A stretch of 64,000 nucleotides of DNA from Saccharolobus solfataricus P2 (GCF_000007005.1 NC_002754.1), one strand, 5' to 3'; shown: positions 1 to 10,553, numbered from the stretch's first letter. The notes: generated by a model from the sequence alone, not told the origin. Program-made: numbers and translations.

Positions 1-306
1 TGCTTTTATCTACTTGCTGGATGCGTAGAAAGAGATTTTTTCCTCCTCTTGAGCTTCTTACAAGTTCTAAATAAATAGGCCTCAAGACGTTTGCTGTCGA
101 AAAGACCTTTCATGATTATTAAATTTCATTCATATATTGTAATATTAAGTTATTAATACTGAAGCTAAACTAACTTATTAATCTTTATCTTATATGGCAG
201 TAATTGACCTCCTTTTTATCGTGATAAATTATATTTATAGAGATAATAACGAGAAAAATATCGTGGATAAAAGCGCGTAAGAACTTTTGTATTATGAATT
301 ATACAA

Positions 307-314
307 TATAAATA
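307..314 (+). promoter_or_regulatory. Putative TATA box (TATAAATA) of the cmr operon
   Basis: TATAAATA lies 23-30 nt upstream of the cmr7 ATG (337), the spacing expected for a leaderless archaeal transcript. Inferred from position only. Confidence 0.4.
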
Positions 315-336
315 TCCGATTCAATCAACTATTATT

Positions 337-930
337 ATGACTAGTGGAGCTGGATGGGAAGAGCAGGTATTTTTACCAATAACAAATTCTATTTCTTCTG
401 AGGATAATAATCAAATAAAAATTGGAAGTAGTGTTTCAATAGAATATAATCAGAATGGACAACATGTCAGTCAAATCGATGATAAGGGGCTTCATAATAT
501 CTTAGTACTTACAGGTTATGCAATAGATGAAAGTACCGGCGAACTAGTACCTACTTTTGATCCTTGTGATTACGTAAAAGGAATTTTGATAAGTGGTAAA
601 ATTTTAAAAGGTAACCATTTTAAGATTATCGGCATTCCTTCAAACAAATTATATATAATTCGCAAGAAGGACGTGCATGGAAATATAACTTTTAGTCTTC
701 CAATAAAAAACTTTAATACGGGAACCTATCAAGTAGATCTAAGAGATAAAGTCACATCGTTTGTAAGTTTAGACCGAGATGTCGCTAAGACAATTGTTGA
801 CAATGTTTTAGCGAAAATCTATGCGAAAATCTATAATAGTTTAAATAAAGAGCAAAAGGATAAGCTTTATAGGGATGTAGAAGAAATATTCAACTACTAT
901 TCAATAAAAAGTTTAAAATCGAATCCCTAA
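337..930 (+). CDS. cmr7: Type III-B CRISPR accessory subunit Cmr7
   Basis: 197 aa, first gene of the cmr operon; sequence recognised as the Sulfolobus-specific Cmr7. Confidence 0.85.
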   Translation: MTSGAGWEEQVFLPITNSISSEDNNQIKIGSSVSIEYNQNGQHVSQIDDKGLHNILVLTGYAIDESTGELVPTFDPCDYVKGILISGKILKGNHFKIIGIPSNKLYIIRKKDVHGNITFSLPIKNFNTGTYQVDLRDKVTSFVSLDRDVAKTIVDNVLAKIYAKIYNSLNKEQKDKLYRDVEEIFNYYSIKSLKSNP

Positions 931-952
931 GATATATTGCTAAGTGATTATA

Positions 953-1870
953 ATGACTTATTACACTTTTGTTAAACCTTTTTTTATTAAGGCAGTAACT
1001 CACTTGCATGTAAGTTCTGGAACATCTGTAGAAGAGGAAGTAGATTTACCTTTTCAAAGAGATGAGTTAAACTATCCCACAATATTTGCATCTAGTCTTA
1101 AGGGTGCAATAAAATCGTTCCTACTAAAGGAATATAGTAATGCAAGAGAAATAATTTATAAGGTTTTAGGTTCTGACGAAAATCCTGACGAAGCCTCTCT
1201 AGGATCTTTTTTGGATGCAGTTCTTTTTGCTATTCCTGCCAGAAGTATAGGCGTTAGCGGTCTCGATGAAGCATGGGTTTATGTTACCACGTATGAACTT
1301 CTCAGGAAGGTAAAATCACTTCTAGAATCGATGAACACTTTATCCGCTACACAATTTACCTCTCTTCTGGACGCTATTAATAACATTCTCCAAGAGAGTA
1401 AAAATTTGATAATTTCTGATAATGCGGCTAGTGTGATCTTAAACGAGGACTTTTACGTAGAATTGAGTAATATTCAAAACGAGTATATTCAGTCTCTTTT
1501 AGGAGACATGCTAATTGAGAATTCAACGTATAACCAGAGTAACCAAAATTCTCAGTCTCAAGGAAACCACTTAGTAAAGCCTTTAATAGTCCTTAAGGAT
1601 TCAATAGGTAGGGAAGTGATTAATAGGTCATTAATAAGAGTGAGAAGGATAAAAATTAAGAGAAGTAGTAAAACCGTGGAAGAAGGTGGTTTATGGTCTG
1701 AAGAATATGTTCCAGTGAACTCATTGTTCTTTTCCTCTTTTTTAGCTAGAGGAAGTAAGGATACCGCATATTTTGCTGACTGTATTTTAAGGAAAACAAG
1801 ATACTTAATTTTAGGAGGTAAGGAAACTATAGGTAAAGGAATTGTTGAATTGAGGTGGTTAAATGACTGA
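953..1870 (+). CDS. cmr4: Type III-B RAMP Cmr4 (target RNA cleavage subunit)
   Basis: Motifs THLHVSSG, VDLPFQRD..YPTIFASSLKGAIK, LWSEEYVP and G-rich loop LGGKETIGKG. ATG at 953 preferred over GTG at 944. Confidence 0.93.
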   Translation: MTYYTFVKPFFIKAVTHLHVSSGTSVEEEVDLPFQRDELNYPTIFASSLKGAIKSFLLKEYSNAREIIYKVLGSDENPDEASLGSFLDAVLFAIPARSIGVSGLDEAWVYVTTYELLRKVKSLLESMNTLSATQFTSLLDAINNILQESKNLIISDNAASVILNEDFYVELSNIQNEYIQSLLGDMLIENSTYNQSNQNSQSQGNHLVKPLIVLKDSIGREVINRSLIRVRRIKIKRSSKTVEEGGLWSEEYVPVNSLFFSSFLARGSKDTAYFADCILRKTRYLILGGKETIGKGIVELRWLND

Positions 1871-2333
1871 AGTACAAGAGGAGAAAGATTATAAACTAGC
1901 TATTGAGGCATTTAACCTAGTCTATAATGCTCTAGATAAGAAGGCTAGAGAAAAATTTAGGAGTAGGGCAAGGGATATGGTGGAGGAGATATATACTTCT
2001 GGGTTCATCCCCACGTTGTTTTACATAATATCAAAAGCTGGGTTAGAGAATAATAATGATAAACTAACCGCGTTATTAAATTCTCCCTCTTCAAAGAGCA
2101 TTGATCTGGGCAGTAGCGATGAGGCTTCTTATATGGCCTATTTGTTTGTCATTCTGTACTATCTGTCTGAGAGAAACATTATAAATAAAGAGTTTCTAAT
2201 TAATAAACTCAAGAATAACCGTTTAGAACTCATAGACAAGTTGTATGAGTTGTCTCCTATAATTTCCGCCAGGATAAAGAGGTATTTAATGGCAATAAAG
2301 AGATTGGCTGAGGCTTTAATAGAGGTGAGGTAA
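1863..2333 (+). CDS. cmr5: Type III-B small subunit Cmr5
   Basis: 156 aa helical protein overlapping the cmr4 stop; GFIPTLFYIISK motif and C-terminal KRLAEAL. Confidence 0.88.
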   Translation: MTEVQEEKDYKLAIEAFNLVYNALDKKAREKFRSRARDMVEEIYTSGFIPTLFYIISKAGLENNNDKLTALLNSPSSKSIDLGSSDEASYMAYLFVILYYLSERNIINKEFLINKLKNNRLELIDKLYELSPIISARIKRYLMAIKRLAEALIEVR

Positions 2334-3737
2334 ATGGAGGAGTTGTTAATGTCTTTTAAGCTAAAGGCTATTTATCCGTTAACCGGAGGTTATAATAGGC
2401 ATAGTATAAACGAATTTTATGAAGAGAACGTTAGGCCTACTGAAATTAAGGGTTTATGGAGGTGGTGGAATAGGGTTTTATTCAATACAGTAAGTTATGT
2501 GAAAGAAGGAAAGCTTTACACTTACGACTCTATAGATAGGCTATTTGAGGACGTTTTCGGAAGTGAAAACAAGAAGTCTGCAGTAAGGTTAGAGGTGATA
2601 ACTGATGAGGGAAGCGATAATCATTTTGAACTATCTAATGTTGAGTTAGATAATGTGATAGATTGCCTAAAGGCAAATAGGGAAGAAAAAGTGAATTTAG
2701 ACTTTAGAGATAATACGCTAATTATTGAAATAGAAGGCTCAACTAAAATTCCCATTTCTTTTAAATCTAATTTAGATATAGATAAAATTAAGGATCTAGT
2801 ATATAAGAATAAACTTCTTAGCTTTGAGCTCTTAGGTTTTAAGAGTATTAAAATAGATACAAAGATTTCTGATAAGGAAGTAATTAAGGAAATCTTGCGT
2901 GATCTAATTACAAATTATTTAGAATACTTTAATATTAAGCAAGAAGTTACATTCACTCTTAATATTTATCTAGATAAGAGTCTTAAGCATAAGCAAAACT
3001 TTGATGCTAAGCTTAAGTTTGCGCTACATAGTCTATTAGTTTTTATACTGTTAGGAGGAATTGGAAGGAAAACAAGTAGAGGATTTGGTGGTTTATCAAT
3101 AGTTAATGCAGAATGTCACGACGGATTATGTGGTGAAATATATGGAATAGTAAATAATATGGAGTCAGAAAAAGAAAAAAAGGATCTCGCTACAGTTCTT
3201 CCAAATATCATTTTTTCGCAAACTATTGAACAATATTTTAGTGAGCTAATAAATAATGAAAGCTATAAATTGAGATCATGGAATAATAACTCAGATTTTT
3301 TTGTTTATTATTTTATAAAAGATATCAATATATTGAGAATTAATAGAATAGACACTAACGTTAACAGAAATGGGATAGAAAATATCTTAAATAGGATATC
3401 TAATGAACTATCAGCCTCTGGTAACTGCCTTAAAGACCTCATAATGCAAGAAATGAGAAGGAGAGCCTTTGCTTTAGCATTTCTTGGAAATAGAAAATTT
3501 AGAAATATTCATGAAATTTATCCTAGAATATTGGAATTTCTATACGCTAATTACATCAAAAGAGAATTTGTAAATTTGATAGGAAAAGAAAGAAGGTTAT
3601 CCAACTTAAGGTTTAAGATTCTTGAGATCAATAATACTTATTATATAATTTCATATTTACTTTATTCCAGTTATCTTAAAGATCCAAATTCGAGCATAAA
3701 GGATACGTTATATCAGTTTGCTAGATGTGTGATTTAA
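2334..3737 (+). CDS. cmr1: Type III-B RAMP Cmr1
   Basis: RPTEIKGLWRWW motif, FGS, G-rich loop LGGIGRKTSRGFG. Confidence 0.9.
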   Translation: MEELLMSFKLKAIYPLTGGYNRHSINEFYEENVRPTEIKGLWRWWNRVLFNTVSYVKEGKLYTYDSIDRLFEDVFGSENKKSAVRLEVITDEGSDNHFELSNVELDNVIDCLKANREEKVNLDFRDNTLIIEIEGSTKIPISFKSNLDIDKIKDLVYKNKLLSFELLGFKSIKIDTKISDKEVIKEILRDLITNYLEYFNIKQEVTFTLNIYLDKSLKHKQNFDAKLKFALHSLLVFILLGGIGRKTSRGFGGLSIVNAECHDGLCGEIYGIVNNMESEKEKKDLATVLPNIIFSQTIEQYFSELINNESYKLRSWNNNSDFFVYYFIKDINILRINRIDTNVNRNGIENILNRISNELSASGNCLKDLIMQEMRRRAFALAFLGNRKFRNIHEIYPRILEFLYANYIKREFVNLIGKERRLSNLRFKILEINNTYYIISYLLYSSYLKDPNSSIKDTLYQFARCVI

Positions 3738-3738
3738 A

Positions 3739-4593
3739 ATGAAAATGAGTATAAGTACTCATTTACCAAGAATTTTAGACACATTAAATAGAAATAATAT
3801 TAATCTATTCTCGGCACTGAGTTTAACCAGCATAGTATACAATAACTTTGGAGAATTTCTCTCGAATAAACAGTCATATAGTGCTAATAACCCACTATTA
3901 AAGTATCAAATTATAATCCTAAAAGATAAAAATAAAACTAAGGATGTCGAAGAGAAGAAAAGCCTATTTAAGAGGGAAATAGCTGAACTTGTCTCAAGGA
4001 ACTTTAAATTAGAGGGCGAAAAAGTAAAGAAATATTTTGATAATCTCAAAGAAATACTAAAGTCGTTAAAATACACGATAGTAGACTTTGAAATAACTAC
4101 TAGGACGAGGGCTTTAATAGGAGTTTCAACTTCTTTAGGTAAGCTGATTTTTGACTCTGGGATTTCTTTCGATCCATACATGAACTTGCCTTACATACCT
4201 GCATCTGAAATTAAAGGTATTGTGAGAAGTTATATTGAGGATAAACTAGGCGAGCAAGATGCTGAGGAAATTTTCGGTAATGAGGAAATGGAAGGTAATG
4301 TAAACTTTACAGATGCCTATCCTACTAGGCCTGAGAATTTCTTGTTTGTACCAGACGTAATTACACCTCATTATAATAAGAAGAAGTCTGAGGCTGATGC
4401 TGAGCCTAAGCCGGCTATTCATTTAACTATAGCTCCTAAAGTTTCGTTTAGATTTTTAATTTACTATAAGAGGGAAGATGTAGGAAAACCAATTTGTGAT
4501 TCCTTACCTCTGGTGATTATGAAAGGTTTAGGTGCTAGATCTTCTGTTGGATATTCCTTATTTGAATTAAGTAAGATAGAGGTGATTAGATGA
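3739..4593 (+). CDS. cmr6: Type III-B RAMP Cmr6
   Basis: PYIPASEIKG, FTDAYP, PDVITPHY, GLGARSSVGY motifs. Confidence 0.92.
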   Translation: MKMSISTHLPRILDTLNRNNINLFSALSLTSIVYNNFGEFLSNKQSYSANNPLLKYQIIILKDKNKTKDVEEKKSLFKREIAELVSRNFKLEGEKVKKYFDNLKEILKSLKYTIVDFEITTRTRALIGVSTSLGKLIFDSGISFDPYMNLPYIPASEIKGIVRSYIEDKLGEQDAEEIFGNEEMEGNVNFTDAYPTRPENFLFVPDVITPHYNKKKSEADAEPKPAIHLTIAPKVSFRFLIYYKREDVGKPICDSLPLVIMKGLGARSSVGYSLFELSKIEVIR

Positions 4594-7500
4594 GTACTGA
4601 TGATAATTCTAGAGAAGAATTCTTAAACTACAAAATTATGGCATTACTTCATGATCCTCCAAATAAGGCGTGGGTGATAACAAGTCGTGCACATAATCTA
4701 ACAGTGCAGTTAAGAAGCGTAAGAGCTAGGAAAAGTCATGAAAGAGTGGCTAAGTATATAATCAATCAATTATTCGGCGATATTAATTCTAAAACAGTTG
4801 ATAATGCAGACAAATTAGCTAGTTCCATAGATAGATATCTAGGTAGTATCGTATATAAAGAATATAGCTTATTCAGAAATAGATCAATATTCTTAAAGAA
4901 CATACTTCTATCAAATATTCAAAGGGATGTAGGCAATTTATTTCCTAAAGATAAATCTAAACTAGATAATTTAATATCAGAATATAAAAAGCTATTAAAT
5001 GTTACAAATACAACTAATCTTAATATTTTGAAATATCAATTGTTTTATCTAATTTATGAACTAATATGGATAGATTCTAGATATGAAAATACTCCTGCAG
5101 AGACTAGAAACCCTACTCACACAATATTTGACCATTTATATGCAACTGCTGCAATGATGAACTGGATATTTAGTCTAGAGAAAGAAGCAAAAGGTTACTT
5201 ACTAGGAATAGATACTATAGGAGTTGCGGACTTCATAAGCAAGGGAAAGAAGACTAGGGACTTATGGATTTCTAGTTATTTAGTGTCAGCCCTACTCTGG
5301 TACGTAATTACCTGGTTTATTGAGGAGTACGGCCCTGACGTTATACTTTTCCCCTCGTTAAGGTTTAATCAATTTTATGCGTTTTACCTTTTAGAAAAAT
5401 TAAGAAAAGAAAAAATATCAGAGGATGTTATAGATGAAATAAAGGAGTTAATAACTAAGTACATATTTAATGGTGACGATCTGTTTGAGAAATTGGAAAT
5501 CCCGCCCTATCCGATAATACCTGGTAGGATTACGTTAATCTTACCGGGGTTAATAAGGGAAGGTGAAGAATATACGCAAGTTCCAGACGATAATTACTTC
5601 ATTTCTAAGGTAAAGGAGAGATATAATGAAGGTTGGCGTAAGCTAATTGAGGGATTAAAGTGTTATTCTGAACTAAAGAGGGAAGATGGTTTCTGGAATT
5701 TAGTATGTAGAGTGTTAAAACTGACGGAGGATTTACTTCAAACTACTCCTTTAAACATTCGTGTGAAACAAGTGAGTGTAACTAAGGATGAGATATTTAA
5801 CAATAGCAAATTACGCTCAGATTCGTGGAAGATTTACGACAATAAATATCGTCAATTAGTTAGTGAGTTTAAGAAGAGTAAATTAGTGAAAGTTACTCCC
5901 GAGTCACGCTTAAAATTATTTGAATTAACTAAATTTGACAAGTTACCTCAAATTGGTGAGAAATCTAAAAGAGGTTACGAATTCTGTACTTCATGTGGTG
6001 TTTTGCCAGCGGTAATTATAATGCCCAAGGAAGACGAATTCGAGAAAAAATTAATTGAGCTCGGAATTGCGAGAGACGAGAAAGACGTAAGATCTATAAA
6101 GAATATGATTTCACCAGGTGAGAGGCTTTGCCCATGGTGTTTAGTGAAAAGGGCCTTAGGTGCTGAGCCCAGACTTATGAGAATTCTTTTGCTAGGAGAT
6201 CTTTGCAGCGTTGAGAAGATTGTAAATGAAATCGTTAGTAAAGATGTTAAGATAGAAATTCCGTCAACTAGTGATATTGCATCGATTAAAACTTTTGAGG
6301 AAATGATTGAGAAGAAAAACGAAATCTGTGAAGATCTAAAGGAAGAGGAAGTTTGCGAGAAGCCTAATGAGAGTATGCTTTCTATGTGGCAGCGGTTTAA
6401 TAAAAATTACTATACTGGGATAAATCTTACTATAGATCCTGAGGAGTATTGGTTTAGTGAAAAGAGGAGGAGATATTATTTCTCTCTCTTTAGAAGACAT
6501 AGAATAACTTTTCCATCACCTTATTACGCTTTAGTTAGGGCTGATAGCGATTACTTAGGGGATTTGTTAGAAGGTAAGTTAACTCCTTATTTGGCTGGAA
6601 TTATTGATTCTGGAGATTATGCTAATATTAGTGAGAAGAAAGAGGAAGTAAATAAATTATTAGAGGAATATTTAGTAAATGCCGGAAGTGGGCCAATAGT
6701 AGATTACGTTAAGACAGTATTAGAGTGTATAAGGGGAAATTTAAATAAGTGTTCATGTGCAGTGAAAATTTATTCTAACGAAGTTGCCGAAGTAATGTTT
6801 AGGGCAAATCGTCTGTTACGTAAAAAACTCGAAAAGATAGACGTAGAGAGAGAAGTCGAAAACAGTCTTAAATATTTTAGAACTATTTTGAAAGAGGGAA
6901 GGATAATAGTTACTCCCGCTTGGCATGTATCGATTTCTTCAGCACTCAATAGGGGGCTTCTCGTAGAATTAGAATTGATTAATAAACATAAGGGATTTGT
7001 AATTTATGCGGGGGGAGATGATTTATTGGCAATGTTGCCAGTAGATGAAGTTTTAGATTTTGTTAAGGAGAGTAGGAGGGCATTTGCAGGAGTTAGTACT
7101 GGAAGATTAGGTAACATGTGCTTAGAGAATGGATTCGCTAGAATCAATAATGCTTACTATCCTTCATTACCTATAGTAGGCAGATCGTATTCTGTAATTA
7201 TAGCACATTATGCCGATCCTCTATTTTTCGTCATAAATGATTCTTATAATCTTTTAGAGGAGGGGAAGGAAATGATAAGATATAGAGTAATGTATAACGG
7301 AGAATATAAGGACGCTAAGAAGGATGTTGCAATATTTAGATATCAAGGTTTAACATCAGTAATTCCATTATCGTTAAAGAGACCTATAGTTAACTCTGTG
7401 AGTGACTTTAATGAAATAGCCTCTATCATAGACTTAATATTAGAATTAAAGAAGAGGATCGATGAGGGTCATATTTCCGTGTCCTTACTTTATGATTATG

Positions 7501-7727
7501 AGGAGTATAAACACTTAATCGTAGCTAGTGATGAGAAGTATTTAACTGAATTCTTAGTAAAGGATTGGATAAAAAGAAATTCTCTTAGAAAACACGTTGA
7601 GTTTACTATAGACGAGAAGTTATACGGTGTTAGGTTAACTATTGAAAATTATCCGATTAAAATTCCTAATGACCTAATTTCTAACATTGTTTATACTCTT
7701 AGAATAATTTACGGTGGCGAGAAGTGA
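4590..7727 (+). CDS. cas10: Cas10/Cmr2 large subunit (HD nuclease plus Palm cyclase domains)
   Basis: 1045 aa; N-terminal LLHDP HD motif, PAETR..HTIFDHL, CxxC...CPWC zinc site, ADSDYLG and YAGGDD Palm motif intact. Confidence 0.97.
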   Translation: MSTDDNSREEFLNYKIMALLHDPPNKAWVITSRAHNLTVQLRSVRARKSHERVAKYIINQLFGDINSKTVDNADKLASSIDRYLGSIVYKEYSLFRNRSIFLKNILLSNIQRDVGNLFPKDKSKLDNLISEYKKLLNVTNTTNLNILKYQLFYLIYELIWIDSRYENTPAETRNPTHTIFDHLYATAAMMNWIFSLEKEAKGYLLGIDTIGVADFISKGKKTRDLWISSYLVSALLWYVITWFIEEYGPDVILFPSLRFNQFYAFYLLEKLRKEKISEDVIDEIKELITKYIFNGDDLFEKLEIPPYPIIPGRITLILPGLIREGEEYTQVPDDNYFISKVKERYNEGWRKLIEGLKCYSELKREDGFWNLVCRVLKLTEDLLQTTPLNIRVKQVSVTKDEIFNNSKLRSDSWKIYDNKYRQLVSEFKKSKLVKVTPESRLKLFELTKFDKLPQIGEKSKRGYEFCTSCGVLPAVIIMPKEDEFEKKLIELGIARDEKDVRSIKNMISPGERLCPWCLVKRALGAEPRLMRILLLGDLCSVEKIVNEIVSKDVKIEIPSTSDIASIKTFEEMIEKKNEICEDLKEEEVCEKPNESMLSMWQRFNKNYYTGINLTIDPEEYWFSEKRRRYYFSLFRRHRITFPSPYYALVRADSDYLGDLLEGKLTPYLAGIIDSGDYANISEKKEEVNKLLEEYLVNAGSGPIVDYVKTVLECIRGNLNKCSCAVKIYSNEVAEVMFRANRLLRKKLEKIDVEREVENSLKYFRTILKEGRIIVTPAWHVSISSALNRGLLVELELINKHKGFVIYAGGDDLLAMLPVDEVLDFVKESRRAFAGVSTGRLGNMCLENGFARINNAYYPSLPIVGRSYSVIIAHYADPLFFVINDSYNLLEEGKEMIRYRVMYNGEYKDAKKDVAIFRYQGLTSVIPLSLKRPIVNSVSDFNEIASIIDLILELKKRIDEGHISVSLLYDYEEYKHLIVASDEKYLTEFLVKDWIKRNSLRKHVEFTIDEKLYGVRLTIENYPIKIPNDLISNIVYTLRIIYGGEK

Positions 7728-8668
7728 TGAAGAGAGTGTTAATAAAACCATTAGAACCGTTAATGTTTAGAAGTCAGGGGGAATTTGAGCCCTTAATTAC
7801 CGGTTCCCACACTGCAGCACAGTCTTTAATAATACCAAGACCTTCTACAATTGCCGGAATGTTAGGTTATATATTATTTAACAAGAGTTCTGGGACTGGG
7901 GACTGGTTATCGGACTTAACGAATTTGCTAGATACTATATATGGAACTTTCATAGAGACTAATGGAGAGTATTTATTTCCTCTCAGAATGGGCAATCATT
8001 TAGCTTTAGTAGACCAACAACATCTTATAAATCTACCTATTTTGCTAGAAAAAGAGTACGAACAACGGGAGAAGGGGATTTATGAACTTTTTTATGATAA
8101 AAATAAACTATTCCAGATCATAAATCATCAAGATAGGATAGGAATAAGTATAGATAAAAGTACCAGAACTGTTAAGGAACATTATCTTTACTCAGCTAGA
8201 TATTTAGCATTTAAGAAGGAGGTTAATTACGTAATATTCATAGATAATGATGCGATAAGTGATAAGATAAATGGTAAAATAGTGAACTTTGGAGGAGAAA
8301 ATAGAATAGCTAAGCTTGAAGTTGATGATTATAAAGTGGATACAAGTATTGAAGAAGAGTATTACTTAACACTATCTCCTATCTTAATTCCCGATGAAGC
8401 TTTAGATGATTTACTTGATAACATAAGCGATTATGTTACAATGGGTAAGGTGGATAAGATAAGCTTAGGATTCGATATTGCTAATACTAAAAGAAAAGAG
8501 ATGCTAACGGCTATTTTAGAGGGTAGTATAGTCAAGAGAAGTATTATTGATTTTATTAAAAAGGAGATTAACAACAATTTGCTAGATAGGTTTACTAAAT
8601 ATGAAAAAATAGGATATAACACTCTTATGAATCTTTGCAAGTTAGCGTTCAGAAAGATATTAAGCTAA
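7724..8668 (+). CDS. cmr3: Type III-B subunit Cmr3
   Basis: IKPLEPLMFR, PRPSTIAGML, RIGISID...VKEHYLYS, FGGENR motifs; follows cas10. Confidence 0.92.
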   Translation: MMKRVLIKPLEPLMFRSQGEFEPLITGSHTAAQSLIIPRPSTIAGMLGYILFNKSSGTGDWLSDLTNLLDTIYGTFIETNGEYLFPLRMGNHLALVDQQHLINLPILLEKEYEQREKGIYELFYDKNKLFQIINHQDRIGISIDKSTRTVKEHYLYSARYLAFKKEVNYVIFIDNDAISDKINGKIVNFGGENRIAKLEVDDYKVDTSIEEEYYLTLSPILIPDEALDDLLDNISDYVTMGKVDKISLGFDIANTKRKEMLTAILEGSIVKRSIIDFIKKEINNNLLDRFTKYEKIGYNTLMNLCKLAFRKILS

Positions 8669-8773
8669 TTAATGCTATTACATTCCTACGTTTGTCCCTA
8701 CACTTTCATCTCACTCCTATCCTTAGAAAGCCTATATATGGAGTGAATTATCGAATATTGGGGATGTCCACAA

Positions 8774-9262
8774 TTAAGGGTCATTCAAGGTTTTCACAAT
8801 TTTCTGAAAAACTTCTAATTTATAGACCGTATTTAAGTCTATGTTTCTTATACGTTTAGGTAAGTCACTCTTTTCATATCTATCATGCGTTCTCAAATAT
8901 TCTAACGGATTGTTCTCTTGTGGTGCTAAGAGTATTTCAATATGAGGATTGAAAACAATGATACAAACTCTATTCATATCTACACCATTTCTTTTTAACA
9001 TATCTTTTATCCTATTTTCCAGTATTTGGGAGTCTTCATTATCGCTGTCCACAAAGATCATGATTTTGTCGTATCCTTTAAAAATGGAACTTTTTACAAT
9101 TCTTACTGTCTTTGCAGAGATTATATTTCCTTTTCCGCCCATAGAATGACAATCTAATTTGATTTCATTTTCTATCTTTTTGTTCTCTTCAAGTTTTCTG
9201 ATTAATTCAGCGATTGCACTGCAACCGTATTTATCTTCTGTAATTGCTAGAATTATTTTCAT
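8774..9262 (-). CDS. Small TOPRIM-like protein (DUF4276/DUF3226/RloB-like), partner of the upstream ATPase
   Basis: N-terminal beta-strand with acidic TED, later FVDSD (DxD) and HIEILL; starts 11 nt after the reconstructed ATPase stop. Family assignment is inferred from the motif layout. Confidence 0.6.
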   Translation of the reverse strand: MKIILAITEDKYGCSAIAELIRKLEENKKIENEIKLDCHSMGGKGNIISAKTVRIVKSSIFKGYDKIMIFVDSDNEDSQILENRIKDMLKRNGVDMNRVCIIVFNPHIEILLAPQENNPLEYLRTHDRYEKSDLPKRIRNIDLNTVYKLEVFQKIVKTLNDP

Positions 9263-9272
9263 TATTTTTCAC

Positions 9273-10365
9273 TTAGTATAATAACCATTCACTTAACAAG
9301 ATACCGTTCTCAGTCAACTTTTCCTTCAATTTCTCTGGCTCTTGTACTTTATTAACTTTAGTCTCTCCTCTTTCTTTATCAAGAATTATTATTTCTGAAG
9401 GGATCCATGAAGTCGATAATTAGTGGCGAATGTGTAGTTGCTATGAACTGTGAGTCGGAATAGCGCATTATATCAACTAGTCTTTCAATGTACTTAAGGT
9501 GGAGGGAGTTCTCTATTTCGTCGATAATGATTGTCGACATTTTTAACAGATACACAGCTATAATGATTGTCAACATTTTTATAAAACCGTCAGGCACTGA
9601 TGCGGGCAGTAAAATCAGCTCTTTGTTGTTTTCACTCTTTTCAATGAAATGTAGTCTTATATTTCCGTCCTCAGTGAAAACCGGTCTTAGAGAGATGTTG
9701 TTTTCAACTAAGAAATCATAAACTTGTTTAGTCTCATTAATTCTAGACAAGTTATTGCTTATCACCTTAACTAACCCGCGACCGTTTTCGTCTAACGCTT
9801 CTGGGAATGTGAAATGGACTGGAGATACTGCTATTTGAGGAACTATTCTAAACACTCCTACGTCATTTAGGAAATTCGTCATAAAATTCAAGAGTTCAGG
9901 TGGAAGGGTGAAATTGAGATTATATGCTATTATAAAAGGTTGTGCAAAAAATAAGTTAAATACACTTAAATTATCAGGAATTGTCATCTCTTTATTTTCA
10001 TATCTTATTACGTTGCCTCTTCTTTCCATACTGTAAGAGTCAAAATTTATAATTTCCTTTTTTATCTGCAACTTATTTAGCGAAATCTCATAATGGTAAT
10101 CTTTACCCTTATATTCACCATCGATCTCAAAGGAGATGTCCAAATTCTCATCTTGCATAAATACAACGTTCTTGTAATCTCCCCATCGAATGAAAGGATA
10201 AGGCGGGTAAGATAGAGGTCTGATAAGTTGCTTTAGAAAACTAAAAGCGTCGACAAGATTAGTTTTACCAGAACCGTTAGGCCCTACAACGATACTTACT
10301 TTCTCAAACTCAAACTCGCTGTCACGGTAACTCTTGAAGTTCTTTATCTTTAATCTTTTTATCAC
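9273..10365 (-). pseudogene. ABC/SMC-like (AAA_15/AAA_21) ATPase with a +1 frameshift near the C-terminus
   Basis: IKNFKSY start, Walker A GPNGSGKT, signature-like SVPDG, Walker B IIIDEIENSLH, H-loop ATTHSP. The ORF track stops at 9379, but removing one G of GGG at 9400-9402 restores MDPSEIIILDKERGETKV...ENGILLSEWLLY* ending at 9273 (363 aa). Confidence 0.85.
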
Positions 10366-10537
10366 ATGATAAAATAAGAAATCTCGTTTAAAACTCTTGC
10401 TTTGTTGATGACTTTACGCTTTAATATTTTCTGGCATTAAGCTCTAGGGTTTGGGCTTCATAGGATTTCATAATATTTAATATCAATCCTCAGCCCTTGG
10501 ACTTCACCAGAGTCACGGGGACATTGTCCCCTTCACA

Positions 10538-10553
10538 CCCCTCCGCCCCTTTA
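10538..10553 (+). mobile_element. Left arm of a GC hairpin; probable IS200/IS605-family right-end relic split by the IS insertion
   Basis: Removing the IS and one TTTA gives CCCCTCCGCCCC-TTTA-GGGCGGGGAGGAAGTCA (right arm 11748-11764), a hairpin-plus-GTCA layout resembling IS605-type ends. Family call is an inference. Confidence 0.45.

Noticed and set aside
1-113. Short minus-strand ORF start at the window edge
   Set aside because: Stops after 35 codons with no recognisable motif; cannot be supported without upstream sequence.
337-8668. Cmr7-containing type III-B complex as a novel system
   Set aside because: This complex is already biochemically and structurally characterised in S. solfataricus.
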